From Phycisphaerales bacterium (GTDB taxonomy: Bacteria > Planctomycetota > Phycisphaerae > WQYP01), in assembly GCA_027451365.1 (NCBI GenBank), contig DAIDJN010000064.1, positions 1 to 52,457 on the forward strand: DNA of 52,457 bases. The letters are read 5' to 3'. Position numbers and translations under genes: made by a program. Under the pieces are notes generated by a model. The model did no database searches, was not told where the DNA came from, and worked only from the letters and a program-made list of their open reading frames with translations. Positions 9,708 through 19,341 of this stretch are shown here, one piece after another. Each line of letters starts with the position of its first letter. Positions within the stretch are counted from its first letter, which is position 1.

Positions 9708-10919
9708 ATGAAGAATAGTGATAAATGGAAGGTGAATTGCATTTCGATTTTGGATATCTTGATGCGAATGCTCACGCCCGCGAGGATAAATACCCGTATG
9801 ACTGTTGCGGTACTCCTGCCTGCAATATTGCAATTAAACTCTATATTCGGAATCTCGGCGAGTGTGGTTCATAACGCGTCGGATGAGGTGAATGCGGCAT
9901 CTGCTTCTAATCGGATACCGCGTTGGGCAACTCCGCTAAGGGTTCCTGCCAAACCCCATCCAGCGCTTTCGGCCCATGACGTATCACTTATAATTTCTGG
10001 CCCGGTATCTATTACATCCGGTTCGGAAATGGCGGTACGGGTTAATCTATCGAACAAAGGACAAAAGTTCTTCTCGATTGTGGACCTGGTGCCTCCGTGG
10101 GTTAATTTCCCGGGGACTTGGTGCTGGGGACCGGCTCCAGGGCAACCATCTCGTGTTTTGCGTTTCGTTAGCGGTGGTTTTAGAGGCTATTATGGCGGTT
10201 CTGCTCGCGGTGGAGGCGCTCCGTCTGGGGGAAAATATTTCGTAGCACTCCCGTTGTATTTTTCCCATATCTTCGACCTTAGCGTTCCAGGCAAATACAA
10301 GGCCCAATTGGCCGGCAAAGGCATGGTCAGCAACGTGATTACATTTCATGTGCTTCCACCCAAAGACAGGTCGTCCGGCCCGGCCATCCGTGAATTCGCG
10401 GCCAAGCTGCCCAAGAGCATTTCCTGGGGAAATGTATGGCATGGTGTGCAAATCGCTGCCTGTATAAAAGCCAATCCCAACGCGGATCCAATCGCTCGCG
10501 TGCAGACATTATTCCGCTGTGTCGGCAAGCATGCGGCATCGATATCATTAACAGGAAATCCGCATATCGATTTTGCATCCCGTCAGATGGCCGGCCCGTT
10601 TGACTCGGGAATCAAGGCTATTGATGGTAAGCCCGCACCGTTGACCGCCTACGGAAAACTTTTGGCTAATCGGAGTCGGAAACACCTTCCAACCGCGCAG
10701 ACTTACACGCTCAAACCAGGTGTTGTTTATACCTATTGGAGGCGTTTGGTTTTGAACCGTGAATTTGATCTCTCAATGTATGGGCCGTACCGATTTTTCC
10801 GCCCAGTTGCATGGCACAGAACTCAAGACGGCCCCTGTCATAATCTATATAGGGGTGCAATCCCGGTTCTATGCGCACTGGAAAATGCCGAAATAGCCAG
10901 CTTTGTCAGCGAGGAATAA
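9708..10919 (+). CDS. Secreted basic protein with two related beta domains; probable frameshift near the 3' end
   Basis: Hydrophobic N-terminus. Internal repeat FDLSVPGKYKAQLAG / FDLSMYGPYRF. The second copy continues as SAQLHG only in a shifted frame after the T5 run at 10794-10798. Confidence 0.7.
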   Translation: MKNSDKWKVNCISILDILMRMLTPARINTRMTVAVLLPAILQLNSIFGISASVVHNASDEVNAASASNRIPRWATPLRVPAKPHPALSAHDVSLIISGPVSITSGSEMAVRVNLSNKGQKFFSIVDLVPPWVNFPGTWCWGPAPGQPSRVLRFVSGGFRGYYGGSARGGGAPSGGKYFVALPLYFSHIFDLSVPGKYKAQLAGKGMVSNVITFHVLPPKDRSSGPAIREFAAKLPKSISWGNVWHGVQIAACIKANPNADPIARVQTLFRCVGKHAASISLTGNPHIDFASRQMAGPFDSGIKAIDGKPAPLTAYGKLLANRSRKHLPTAQTYTLKPGVVYTYWRRLVLNREFDLSMYGPYRFFRPVAWHRTQDGPCHNLYRGAIPVLCALENAEIASFVSEE

Positions 10920-11021
10920 AAAACGGAATGCGGGGTACAAGGGGCTATCCGGCTTGCCGGTGTTTTGGCCGCTTGTTTCCTTGGACCGCTGGTGCAGTCG
11001 GTGTGGCAATCCGCTGGCGGA

Positions 11022-11224
11022 TGGTTCCACTGACTCGATAGTCGCTTTAAAGGCCCGCATCATTAACACTGCTGGCTGGATGGCCAACTGGTACCCAAAA
11101 ATAGTGGCCAACGCAGGCAAGCTTGGTCCACAGATAAGCCATGAATGGTTACAATGGCAATGGCTTGAAAGAATGGTGCCGGCTGGTAAATGACGGGTTT
11201 GGAGATGATACATGCGGATGGCGA
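11022..11224 (+). repeat. Dispersed direct repeat, copy 3
   Basis: Matches copy 1 from tggttccactga through gcggatggcga with a few substitutions. Encodes the same orphan KARIINTAGW...MVPAGK* tail. Confidence 0.95.
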
Positions 11225-11521
11225 TAGCGCAATCAGGGCTATTGATGCACCCGCACCCGCGGCATTGGACTGCATTGGAAGGGGGATGCTGTCCACAATC
11301 GGCAGTCAAATTTTAAAATGCGAAGGCCATCCATTTTCCCGCGATACAAGCAGTCTTCCATGGGGCCAAGCCTAAGTCGTGGGATGGAACAAGCGTACTG
11401 TATTTATTTGTGGCTGCGAAGCTCGACCGAATTTTCAGAAAGCCTGGGCAGGCCAACGATTGCTATATTTTTTGTGCAGGCCGCATAGATATGTTTAAAT
11501 AAAACCGTGGTTCGCCACCGG

Positions 11522-12466
11522 TTACCGAAAATCGGCAGACCCATCAAACAGTGGCGTGCTGAAATAACGTTCCGCGCGGTCGCACAACAGTGTCACCACG
11601 CGTGATTCTGTCCCTGTTTGGGCCGCAACCTGCAGCGCCGCGGCAACATTTGCACCCGATGAAACACCCACCAACAGCCCGAACTCACGATGCAGTCTTT
11701 GTGTCATGGCAATTGCGACGGCACTGCTTACTTTGACATGCCCATTTATCGGTGCATCCTCAAGCAATTTTGGAATAAACCCGTCCGCAATGCCTTCAAT
11801 GTGGTGACAACAGGGATATTCTCCCGCCAGCAATGCCTGCTCTGCCGGCTCCATGGCAATTATTCGTGACTGCGGCCAACGCCTCTGAATGGCCCGGCCA
11901 CAGCCTGCCAGGGTGGCTCCAGTGCCATAGCCGCTGACAAACGCATCAATTTGCCCATCCACCTGCCGCAATATCTCCTGCCCAGTCACCTGTTCATGGT
12001 CATCCCGATTCAGTTTATTTTCAAATTGACGCGGCAGAAAATAGCGACTATCGGTCGCGGCCATCTGCCGGGATAAATCAATACCCATTTCATAATGTCC
12101 CCGGCCCTTAAAGGTAATCACCTCGGCCCCCATTTGTCGCATTAGTCGCATCCGCTCGCCGCTGGCGCTGCTGTCCAGCAGAATGGTGACGGCATAACCC
12201 ATGGCCGCTCCCACCATCGCCAGCGCTATACCCGTGTTGCCACTGCTGCATTCCAGGATGACGGAATCCGGCCGTAAAAGTCCCTGCTGTTCGGCGTCTA
12301 ACAACACACTTCTGGCGAAGCGATCCTTCACGCTGCCGCTGGGATTCAGGAATTCACACTTGACCTGCAGTGTGATACCTTCACGGGCAAAGTGCAATGG
12401 TATCAGGGGCGTGTGACCAATGAGTTCCAAAACCGCCCGCCTGTGTGGCACCGCGCTGTTGCTCAT
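11522..12466 (-). CDS. cysK: Cysteine synthase family PLP enzyme (CysK/CysM-like)
   Basis: Motifs NPSGSVKDR (PLP Lys), SSGNTG, GYGTGAT and VGVSSGAN. Confidence 0.9.
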   Translation of the reverse strand: MSNSAVPHRRAVLELIGHTPLIPLHFAREGITLQVKCEFLNPSGSVKDRFARSVLLDAEQQGLLRPDSVILECSSGNTGIALAMVGAAMGYAVTILLDSSASGERMRLMRQMGAEVITFKGRGHYEMGIDLSRQMAATDSRYFLPRQFENKLNRDDHEQVTGQEILRQVDGQIDAFVSGYGTGATLAGCGRAIQRRWPQSRIIAMEPAEQALLAGEYPCCHHIEGIADGFIPKLLEDAPINGHVKVSSAVAIAMTQRLHREFGLLVGVSSGANVAAALQVAAQTGTESRVVTLLCDRAERYFSTPLFDGSADFR

Positions 12467-12798
12467 AAAATAGCCCGATCAAAACGTGATGGTTTCTATG
12501 CCGTAATGCTGACACAATGAAGCCATATTTTCCGCGAAAATCCGGGGCAACGCAACCCGGAACAGGGTGCGGAAAAAAGGGAGCGATGCAAATTTCCAGC
12601 CGCTGATTCTAATGCGTTGACGCGATTCGTCGGGACGATAATGCTCGCGTGCCGGTCGGCGCGCCAGCGTTTTTGCTTGCGGCTCCCGATAAAAAGGGCA
12701 CACCTTTTTTTGCGGTATGGCGCATATTCAGCCATGTGGCTAAAATCGGCACGATGGTGCCCGGCACCCCCGGTGGCCATAGAAATTGCTTTAATGAA

Positions 12799-12885
12799 CG
12801 GAGAGATAGGGATTCGAACCCTAGTAGGACTTTCGCCCTAACCGGTTTTCGAAACCGGCGCCTTCAGCCACTCAGCCATCTCTCC
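12799..12885 (-). tRNA. tRNA-Ser(CGA)
   Basis: Minus strand reads GGAGAGA...CCGGT-TTCGAAA-ACCGG (anticodon CGA), has a long variable arm, GGTTCGAATCC T-arm and TCTCTCC-G end. CCA is not encoded. Confidence 0.95.
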
Positions 12886-13073
12886 TGAATACCGAATCGG
12901 ATTCGGTTCAAGACCATTTATCATGGCGTCTGCGTGTTGGCAGGTCAAGTTGACGGTCTTTTGGCGGAAATCGGAGCGGCCGCGGTGCAGTGCATAGTGG
13001 TGGTCTGTGGGGTGCAGGCCGGCCGATGGCGCAGCAGAATCAATTCCCGGTCGCGTTGTGAACCACGTGCCGC

Positions 13074-15554
13074 TTAATGCAATGGAATAACCGGTGGGGG
13101 TGGCGGAGGTGGCTGGCTCGGAAGCGCAGTCTGGTTTGGCAGCAATTTGACGGTGGAATTCGGGCCACTATTGGCACGTTCGGTTGTCGATTTTGACCCA
13201 TTAAGGGCGGCAACTTTCCGTTGCGGTTGGGGCGGCAGTGGAATTGTTTTGCCGTCAGCGGCCGCATACAGCAGTATATTCATCAGCAGTTTGCGGGCGG
13301 CGGAGGGGGCGTAACCATTAATGCCCCAGGCATGGGTATTGATTAATCCGCTGGAGATATCATAGGGGGAAAAAATAACCACGTATCGGCCATGGTGCAC
13401 CAGACCTAATAGCTGGGGCCGGGTGGTAAAACCATGGTAACGCAGATAAAAGCGACGGTATTGAATATGGGTGATGCGGCGGCTGGCCGTAATTCTGCCG
13501 TTATAGATTCCGCTTGCGCCCGGAATTGGCTCCAGATAGGCCTGCGGATAAATGCGGCTGACCATTTTTTCAAACGCGGCGGTAAAAGCGGGGGAGGCGT
13601 TCATCGCTTCGCCCACCAGGGTTCCGCCATGGTTCAGGTAATCGCGGAGTTGGCGAGCCACCTTTGAATGAACGTGAAATGTGCTGCCTCCCGCCAGATA
13701 AACGAGGCTTCGGGAATTGGCTTGGGTAATGTCCGCCAGCGGCTTTGCCCGCGTGGTCAGTGTGGTGCGGTAACGGGCCGCCGCGAAGGCCGCCAAATTT
13801 CGCCAGCCGTTGGGTTCCGGATTCCACCGGCCAGTATGGCTCGCCAATATCAGATGGATGGTGCGTTGGGGTGAGCCAAGACTCGTCAGCGGCGGTGATG
13901 GATTAAGATGCAGTTGAATGCGGCGTTTGCTGGTGGCATAAAAATAAACATTTGCCGCCAGTTCAAATGAAAGTTTTCCCGGACCAAAATCATTCATTCC
14001 CTGCCAGTCGGCACCCAGGTCGTGCGGGCTGTGTACCCATGTCACCCGCACACCATTGGAGAGCCCCATCACTCCCATGCTTGCCGGCAGCGGAAATTGA
14101 ACGTGGTAAATCCAGTTGTTCGCCTTAAGCGGCGTCAGCTTGCCCGTATGGCGAGTGACGCGCTGGACGGCTTTTTCGATGGCCGCGGTGAACGTTTTAG
14201 ATCCGCCGTCCGCGGACGAAAAGATAATTCCGCCATGGTCCATAAAAATGCGGAAATGACGGATGTCCTGTGCAGTGAAATGCGGATCGCCATGGCCTGT
14301 AATAAGCAGGACGGGCGCATCCAGCCAGTGGAGAGGGTTGGAATTAACGTGAACCACCTGCCAGTTCAGCGTTTGTTCAAAGGCATTGCCAACCCATTGG
14401 GTCAGGTTGGCGTCATCATGAGGCCGGGCGTCCCATGAACCGGCATAGGCCAGTTTGTTAAACACTATGGGGTTGAGTCCGCGGGCCAGGAAAAGCAGGG
14501 CATACGCGGTGGAGACCGCGTCCGTCGGCTGACCCAGAACATATCCCTTCCAGGCACCGCTTGGGCTCTGCTGGTGCATAATAAGATCGGCACCGGCGCG
14601 ATACCAGTTCACGCTGCCGAGCTTGCGCAAGCCGCTGGCCAGGCCCACGCGCTCAACGCCGTAAAGATAGTACATGTTGCCGCTGGTTTTGAAATGTGTT
14701 GCCAGCCAGGTCAGGCCATTTTTAATATTCGCGTCATGATGTGGATTCAGATGCACGCCATTATGGATGTATAAATCTACAATAAACAGACTGGCCAGAC
14801 CGGCCGCGGTCATTGCCCGTGTGGAAGCGGACCCTTTCATGTAACCCCAGCCGCCATCGGAATTCTGGCATTTTCGCCAGTGGGCATCGCAACGCTGCCA
14901 GTAATCAAGTTTGGGATTAATGCCGACAATTCCCGCCGCCCATACGCCCAGCGCGCCGTACTGGCTGTTGGAATTGTCCCAGTCTCCGGGAAGAACGGGA
15001 TTGGCGATTTGGCCGTTCCAGGTGTAGTGGTAGGCCCCGTCGCTGTGTTGGGAATCAATCAGATATTGGGCGGCGCGGCGTATGGCATTCATGGTTGCCG
15101 TGCGGTGACTGGGATACACGGTTAATGCACTGATCTGCAAAGATGCCACATACGTACTTGCCGGATGCAAATGGTCCAGAAAATGCATGATCGGTTGCAT
15201 GGTTTTGGAATCCGGCTGAAGGCTGTTCCGGCCGGTGGCCTGCCCGGCTTCCAGCATGGCGTATGCGGCCAGGCAGGTTGGTCCGCCCCAGTACTGCTGG
15301 CCGGGGCTGGCAATTTCCCAGAATTTTGGCGGCTTTTCATGACCCAGCAGATATGCGATGCCGCGGTTAATCGCCCTGATTACCCGAATGCGTGTGATTG
15401 TGGGCCGGGTGGCTTTGACTGCCGGGCTGGCCTGAGCCATGCCGGGTGAAAGCAATAGAATCAGGGCGATGGCCAAGAACAGTGGCCCCAGCGGCCCCAG
15501 TGGCCCCAGCGGCCTTCGGTAAGCGGGTATTGAGGGCATTCGGGTGGTTTGCAT
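13074..15554 (-). CDS. Secreted prenyltransferase/squalene-oxidase-repeat protein with two DUF4159 domains
   Basis: Signal peptide, QHSDGAY/QNSDGGWGY/QSPSGAW repeats, YYLYGVERVG, and two DUF4159-like segments (PVLLITGH...GGIIF; LRDYLNHGGTL...SPYDIS). Confidence 0.8.
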   Translation of the reverse strand: MQTTRMPSIPAYRRPLGPLGPLGPLFLAIALILLLSPGMAQASPAVKATRPTITRIRVIRAINRGIAYLLGHEKPPKFWEIASPGQQYWGGPTCLAAYAMLEAGQATGRNSLQPDSKTMQPIMHFLDHLHPASTYVASLQISALTVYPSHRTATMNAIRRAAQYLIDSQHSDGAYHYTWNGQIANPVLPGDWDNSNSQYGALGVWAAGIVGINPKLDYWQRCDAHWRKCQNSDGGWGYMKGSASTRAMTAAGLASLFIVDLYIHNGVHLNPHHDANIKNGLTWLATHFKTSGNMYYLYGVERVGLASGLRKLGSVNWYRAGADLIMHQQSPSGAWKGYVLGQPTDAVSTAYALLFLARGLNPIVFNKLAYAGSWDARPHDDANLTQWVGNAFEQTLNWQVVHVNSNPLHWLDAPVLLITGHGDPHFTAQDIRHFRIFMDHGGIIFSSADGGSKTFTAAIEKAVQRVTRHTGKLTPLKANNWIYHVQFPLPASMGVMGLSNGVRVTWVHSPHDLGADWQGMNDFGPGKLSFELAANVYFYATSKRRIQLHLNPSPPLTSLGSPQRTIHLILASHTGRWNPEPNGWRNLAAFAAARYRTTLTTRAKPLADITQANSRSLVYLAGGSTFHVHSKVARQLRDYLNHGGTLVGEAMNASPAFTAAFEKMVSRIYPQAYLEPIPGASGIYNGRITASRRITHIQYRRFYLRYHGFTTRPQLLGLVHHGRYVVIFSPYDISSGLINTHAWGINGYAPSAARKLLMNILLYAAADGKTIPLPPQPQRKVAALNGSKSTTERANSGPNSTVKLLPNQTALPSQPPPPPPPVIPLH
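15481..15514. repeat. 9-bp tandem repeat (~3.8 units) encoding PLG repeats
   Basis: agtggcccc agcggcccc agtggcccc agcggcc, in the N-terminus of the DUF4159 gene. Confidence 0.8.
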
Positions 15555-16404
15555 TGAATATGGTCCAGAAGCAGGGCGTTTAAAAAAGTCCGGACTAATC
15601 CATCCGGATTCAACTCCCGCTCCCGGCGTTAAGGCGCAACCGCGGCCCAGGCCAGCGGTGCAGAGTTTCGGTCAGGCGAGCCAAGGGACGCATGGGCCTC
15701 GCCAAACACATTGCGTCCCAATTTTATCGGCATTGCGGGGGCATTCACTTGGCAAAATTTGGTGGATTCTCCAGGCTTGCTGGCCGGGCAAAAAGTTTTC
15801 TTTAACTGCTTTATGAAAAATGGGTTAGCAATTTGGTTCGGGCGGCAAACGGACCAAGCGAAAATACCTGTAAATATGCCCCGGTCCGACGTGGCCGGTC
15901 GGGAAATAAGTGAAAATTCGCGAGAGGTGCTGCCAAAATCCAATTTTCCAAATGCAATTTGCCTGCGAAGGTCGGCGGTTCGTATACATGGGGGGCTATA
16001 CTTGGTCTGACGAATGGGCCACCAGTAACTTCACACCATTTTTGTTGCGCTGCTGAAACAAGACCGACATACGGGGCGGTTTTCAGCTTTCAGGTGCCCT
16101 TTGGCGGCGCATGGCCGTCGCGCGGAGCGCTGGCAGAACGTGTTGCTCCAAGGATGACACCGCGCGGATGTGGTGCAACTGATCCGCGGGCGGAGATATT
16201 CGGTAAAATCATGGATGCGCGTATCTGTTGTCACAATTGCCCGCCGGTAAATTACCCCTATCGGTTTAATCGTTGTCATTCATTGTTCGGCTGGTAATTG
16301 GTAATCAAACCACAAATGAGGTTACACCGATTTCCCGGCGCAACAGGTTCAGGCTCGCACTGCACACGAACAAGCACACAACGCGGCCGGTTTATCAGGC
16401 CAGG

Positions 16405-17001
16405 TTATACCTCTTCGGCGAGTATTCCGGACAATTGTGTGGATACTTCGGTGATCTGTTCCGTGGTCAGATGCGGATTTATGACCAGAGTTTCCGGTTC
16501 CTGACCGCGCGGCTGCATGCGCCAGAGTTCCGGCAGGGGGTTGGCACCTGCAAATTGCTGTTGCTGGGCGGCGGAAAGTGCGGCGGTGCCCTCATAACGC
16601 AGTTGGCGTTTGCGCATCAACAGCAAAGCCAGCACAAAGCGGAAACGCACATCCTGGGCGTCGTGGCGGTCTGCCAGGCGGTTGAAAAGATCCAGCAGTA
16701 CGGAATCATCCACAAAGATGCTCGGCTTTTTTTCCCCCACGGTCAATTGTGCCCGCCACCAGGAAAACATTTCCGCTGGCGGGTTGGGACGTTTGCCTGC
16801 TTCCCAGCAGCTTACGCAAAAGTCTAGCCGTTCATAAGGCGGCTTGTCTTCATCAGCTTTTTCACGTTTTTCAGTTGCCGGCCATTCAACCAGGGCGGCC
16901 CAGCAGGGGCTGCCGGCGGTAAGCTCGGTTTGGCAGGCGGCGCATAGTTTGCCAGCCTTGCCTACATTCCACGTCTGATTCTGTAAAAGTCCTGTTGCCA
17001 T
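16405..17001 (-). CDS. Conserved hypothetical protein with Zn-binding CxxC pairs
   Basis: Motifs CAAC and RLDFCVSCW, LALLLMRKR; promoter-like TTGCGA-N16-TAGGAT directly upstream. Confidence 0.8.
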   Translation of the reverse strand: MATGLLQNQTWNVGKAGKLCAACQTELTAGSPCWAALVEWPATEKREKADEDKPPYERLDFCVSCWEAGKRPNPPAEMFSWWRAQLTVGEKKPSIFVDDSVLLDLFNRLADRHDAQDVRFRFVLALLLMRKRQLRYEGTAALSAAQQQQFAGANPLPELWRMQPRGQEPETLVINPHLTTEQITEVSTQLSGILAEEV

Positions 17002-17366
17002 GCCGTTATCCTATGCGGATTGGAAAAAATCGCAATCCATGGGGGCGGAGTACCAGGATTCAATACACGGAATTCTTAACGGGCAATGCGCTATCCAGAT
17101 TGGCCGAATCATCCGGTATCAGGATTTAACGGTCGGTGCCGCAATGGAGGACCATGACGACGATTTGCATGATAAAGCCAGAGTCCAGAAGGCGGACGCA
17201 AATGGAATTTGGCCGACCTGCGAGGCCAGGCCGGTTTTTCAGATATTCTGCGGTTTGTGCGCCTCTATTTGCGTGGATTTGGTAAGAAGAATTGGAAAAA
17301 TTAGCGCTCCAAATCGGCCCACCATGTTGGGCCGCCATGCTGGCGATTGTGGCGGAGTACCAGATG

Positions 17367-18065
17367 CTACCGGCGGTCGATGCGTATGACTGCTCGCACC
17401 GCGCCGCGGGCGTTGGCATGATGCCAGGTGGCGCACGATAACTGCATCAGCCCGGTGTGTGTACACAAAATCGTGCGGCCCGCTCCCACAGTCACACCCG
17501 CACCGGCGATCTGGGCATTTAAATAGTGCCGACAATTGCCGTTCACCAGAATTCCCTCTGGTCCGCTTCGCACGAGTTTGCCCTGTTCCATGGCGCTCCA
17601 GGTTCCGGTGGCTGTAATCGTAATCAATTCGCCCTGATATACATGGCAGACCGGCACCCAATCCAGCGATGCGGGCACAGCCACGTGCAATACGGCGCCA
17701 TTTCCCGCCCCATTTGGGCCGAAGCCAGCGCCTGGCACGGCTGCCCCATGCTGGTTATCGTGCTTAAACCGTCGGCTGACCGATTTCATAAAAGTTGCAA
17801 TGCGAACAACCTCATTGGCTCTGCCGGCATGCATGGCGGCCTGCTGTGCCGCCAGAAGGGCGTTGTATTCCAACCGGTCGGCGCGCAGCACCGCGGCCCG
17901 GTAGGCGACTTTGGCCGCCTTGATTTGCCGGTTGAATCGTCGGATAGCCGCTATCGCCCGGCTGCTTTTTGGGGCCGCTGGAGCGGAAGTTGAATCGGCC
18001 CGCAACCCTGACGCGGCCAACAAAACCAAGCCAAGCATAACAACCGCCAAAATGCGACGTCTCAT
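17367..18065 (-). CDS. Secreted protein: helical N-terminus plus LecA/PA-IL-like beta domain
   Basis: Signal peptide MRRRILAVVMLGLVLLAASGLRA. The C-terminal VPASLDW...GELITITATGTW...GPEG resembles the PA-IL lectin-like pattern. Confidence 0.6.
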   Translation of the reverse strand: MRRRILAVVMLGLVLLAASGLRADSTSAPAAPKSSRAIAAIRRFNRQIKAAKVAYRAAVLRADRLEYNALLAAQQAAMHAGRANEVVRIATFMKSVSRRFKHDNQHGAAVPGAGFGPNGAGNGAVLHVAVPASLDWVPVCHVYQGELITITATGTWSAMEQGKLVRSGPEGILVNGNCRHYLNAQIAGAGVTVGAGRTILCTHTGLMQLSCATWHHANARGAVRAVIRIDRR

Positions 18066-18134
18066 GGAACATGCTCCTGTCATTGAATGCGGCTGAAGGC
18101 GGAGCGGCGGCAATCGCCGATGACGGCACGAGTC

Positions 18135-18737
18135 TCAGGCTACGTGCAGCAGCTTGCTGACATCCTCGCCATTGCGCCATTTGCGGTAAATCATCAGCGA
18201 TTGTTCAATGACCGGGAAGGCGTAATCTGCGGGAAGCACATCATCCACCACCACGCGCTTGTTTTCCAGGGATTTGTAGTCTTCAAAAAACCGTTTAAGC
18301 ACCGCCAGCCGATGCGGGGGCAATTGGTGCACATCTGAATAGCTGCTGAATTCCGGGTCATTTACATGTACCGCGATCACTTTATGATCGACTTCATTCT
18401 GGTCTTTCATGGTCATCAGTCCGATGGCACGGGCTTCCACCAGTGTCAGCGGATAGACCGGCTCGGCACCCAGCACCAGCACATCCAGCGGGTCGCCATC
18501 GTCGGCCATGGTTTGCGGGATAAATCCGTAGTTGGCCGGATAATAAACCGCCGAATGCAGGACGCGGTCCAGCCGGAGCAGCCCCGTATATTTATCGAGT
18601 TCATATTTATTGGAGGAGCCAAGTGGAATTTCGATGATGGCGTTAAAAACGGAGGGAAGGATGCCGTTTCCCGGATTCACATCATGCCATGGACTTACAC
18701 CAGCGGTGGGTTTATACGGACCAATCAGACGCGCCAT
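18135..18737 (-). CDS. ppa: Family I inorganic pyrophosphatase
   Basis: Motifs EIP..SSNKYE, YPANYGFIPQT and DGDPLDVLV; SD GAGGAGG before ATG 18737. Confidence 0.95.
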   Translation of the reverse strand: MARLIGPYKPTAGVSPWHDVNPGNGILPSVFNAIIEIPLGSSNKYELDKYTGLLRLDRVLHSAVYYPANYGFIPQTMADDGDPLDVLVLGAEPVYPLTLVEARAIGLMTMKDQNEVDHKVIAVHVNDPEFSSYSDVHQLPPHRLAVLKRFFEDYKSLENKRVVVDDVLPADYAFPVIEQSLMIYRKWRNGEDVSKLLHVA

Positions 18738-18840
18738 GGAATACCTCCTCGGGTACAATTCAAATCCTAGGGCAAGTGTAACTTGGGGCGGCAAAAATTG
18801 CCATGCCTCAAGGCCGGATTTCGGGTTTCACCGATTAATA

Positions 18841-19341
18841 TCAGCTTTTTTTTGCGATAAAATCCGCCAGCAGAGTCGACACGCTTCCCGCCTGACCAAA
18901 CACACATTTTTCCCACAGGATTATTTTGTCCACACGGCGTGAATGGCGGCCATTTTCAAAATCAGTGGAAAGCCAGACCTTTGCGATACGTTTGATGAGT
19001 TCCTCTCCCAGCAGGTCCGCCGCCAGGCAAAGCGCATTGGCATCGTTGTAACGACGCGAAATTTCAGCGGTCAGTTCATCATGCACCACCGCGGCGCGAA
19101 TGCCCGGCAGTTTGTTGGCGACAATGGACATCCCGATGCCGCTGCCATCTATCAGAATGGCCCGATCCGCCTTGCCGTCCATAATTGACATGCACGCCGG
19201 AAGTGCCAGATCCGGATAATCACAGGCGGTGGAAGTGTGCACTCCGAAGTCCTCCACTTTGTGTCCGGCCGCGGTCAGCGCCGGCACCAGATGAACTTTC
19301 GCGTGCAAACCACGATGGTCCGAGGCCACAGCAATAATCAT
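18841..19341 (-). CDS. rpiB: Ribose-5-phosphate isomerase B family protein
   Basis: Motifs ASDHRG, DYPD, GSGIGMSIVANKLPGIRAA and FENGRHSRRV. Confidence 0.9.
   Translation of the reverse strand: MIIAVASDHRGLHAKVHLVPALTAAGHKVEDFGVHTSTACDYPDLALPACMSIMDGKADRAILIDGSGIGMSIVANKLPGIRAAVVHDELTAEISRRYNDANALCLAADLLGEELIKRIAKVWLSTDFENGRHSRRVDKIILWEKCVFGQAGSVSTLLADFIAKKS

Noticed and set aside
10903..11193. 96-aa ORF ending in KARIINTAGW...MVPAGK
   Set aside because: It is a chance read-through into repeat copy 3 (orphan gene tail), not an independent gene.
154..11224. Repeat copies as a diversity-generating retroelement TR/VR pair
   Set aside because: One copy is at a gene 3' end, but the few differences are not adenine-specific relative to a template, and no reverse transcriptase is in the window.
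154..11224. CRISPR array or integron cassette array
   Set aside because: Repeats are 150-200 bp, kilobases apart and derived from coding sequence. There are no cas genes, integron integrase or convincing attC sites.
12799..12885. tRNA-Ser as the integration site of the left accessory block
   Set aside because: The orientation fits, but I found no duplicated tRNA 3' end or integrase in the window, and a cysteine synthase gene intervenes.
15555..16404. 850-bp gap as an ncRNA or small gene
   Set aside because: No recognisable tmRNA, RNase P, SRP or riboswitch motif, and the short ORFs lack protein-like features.
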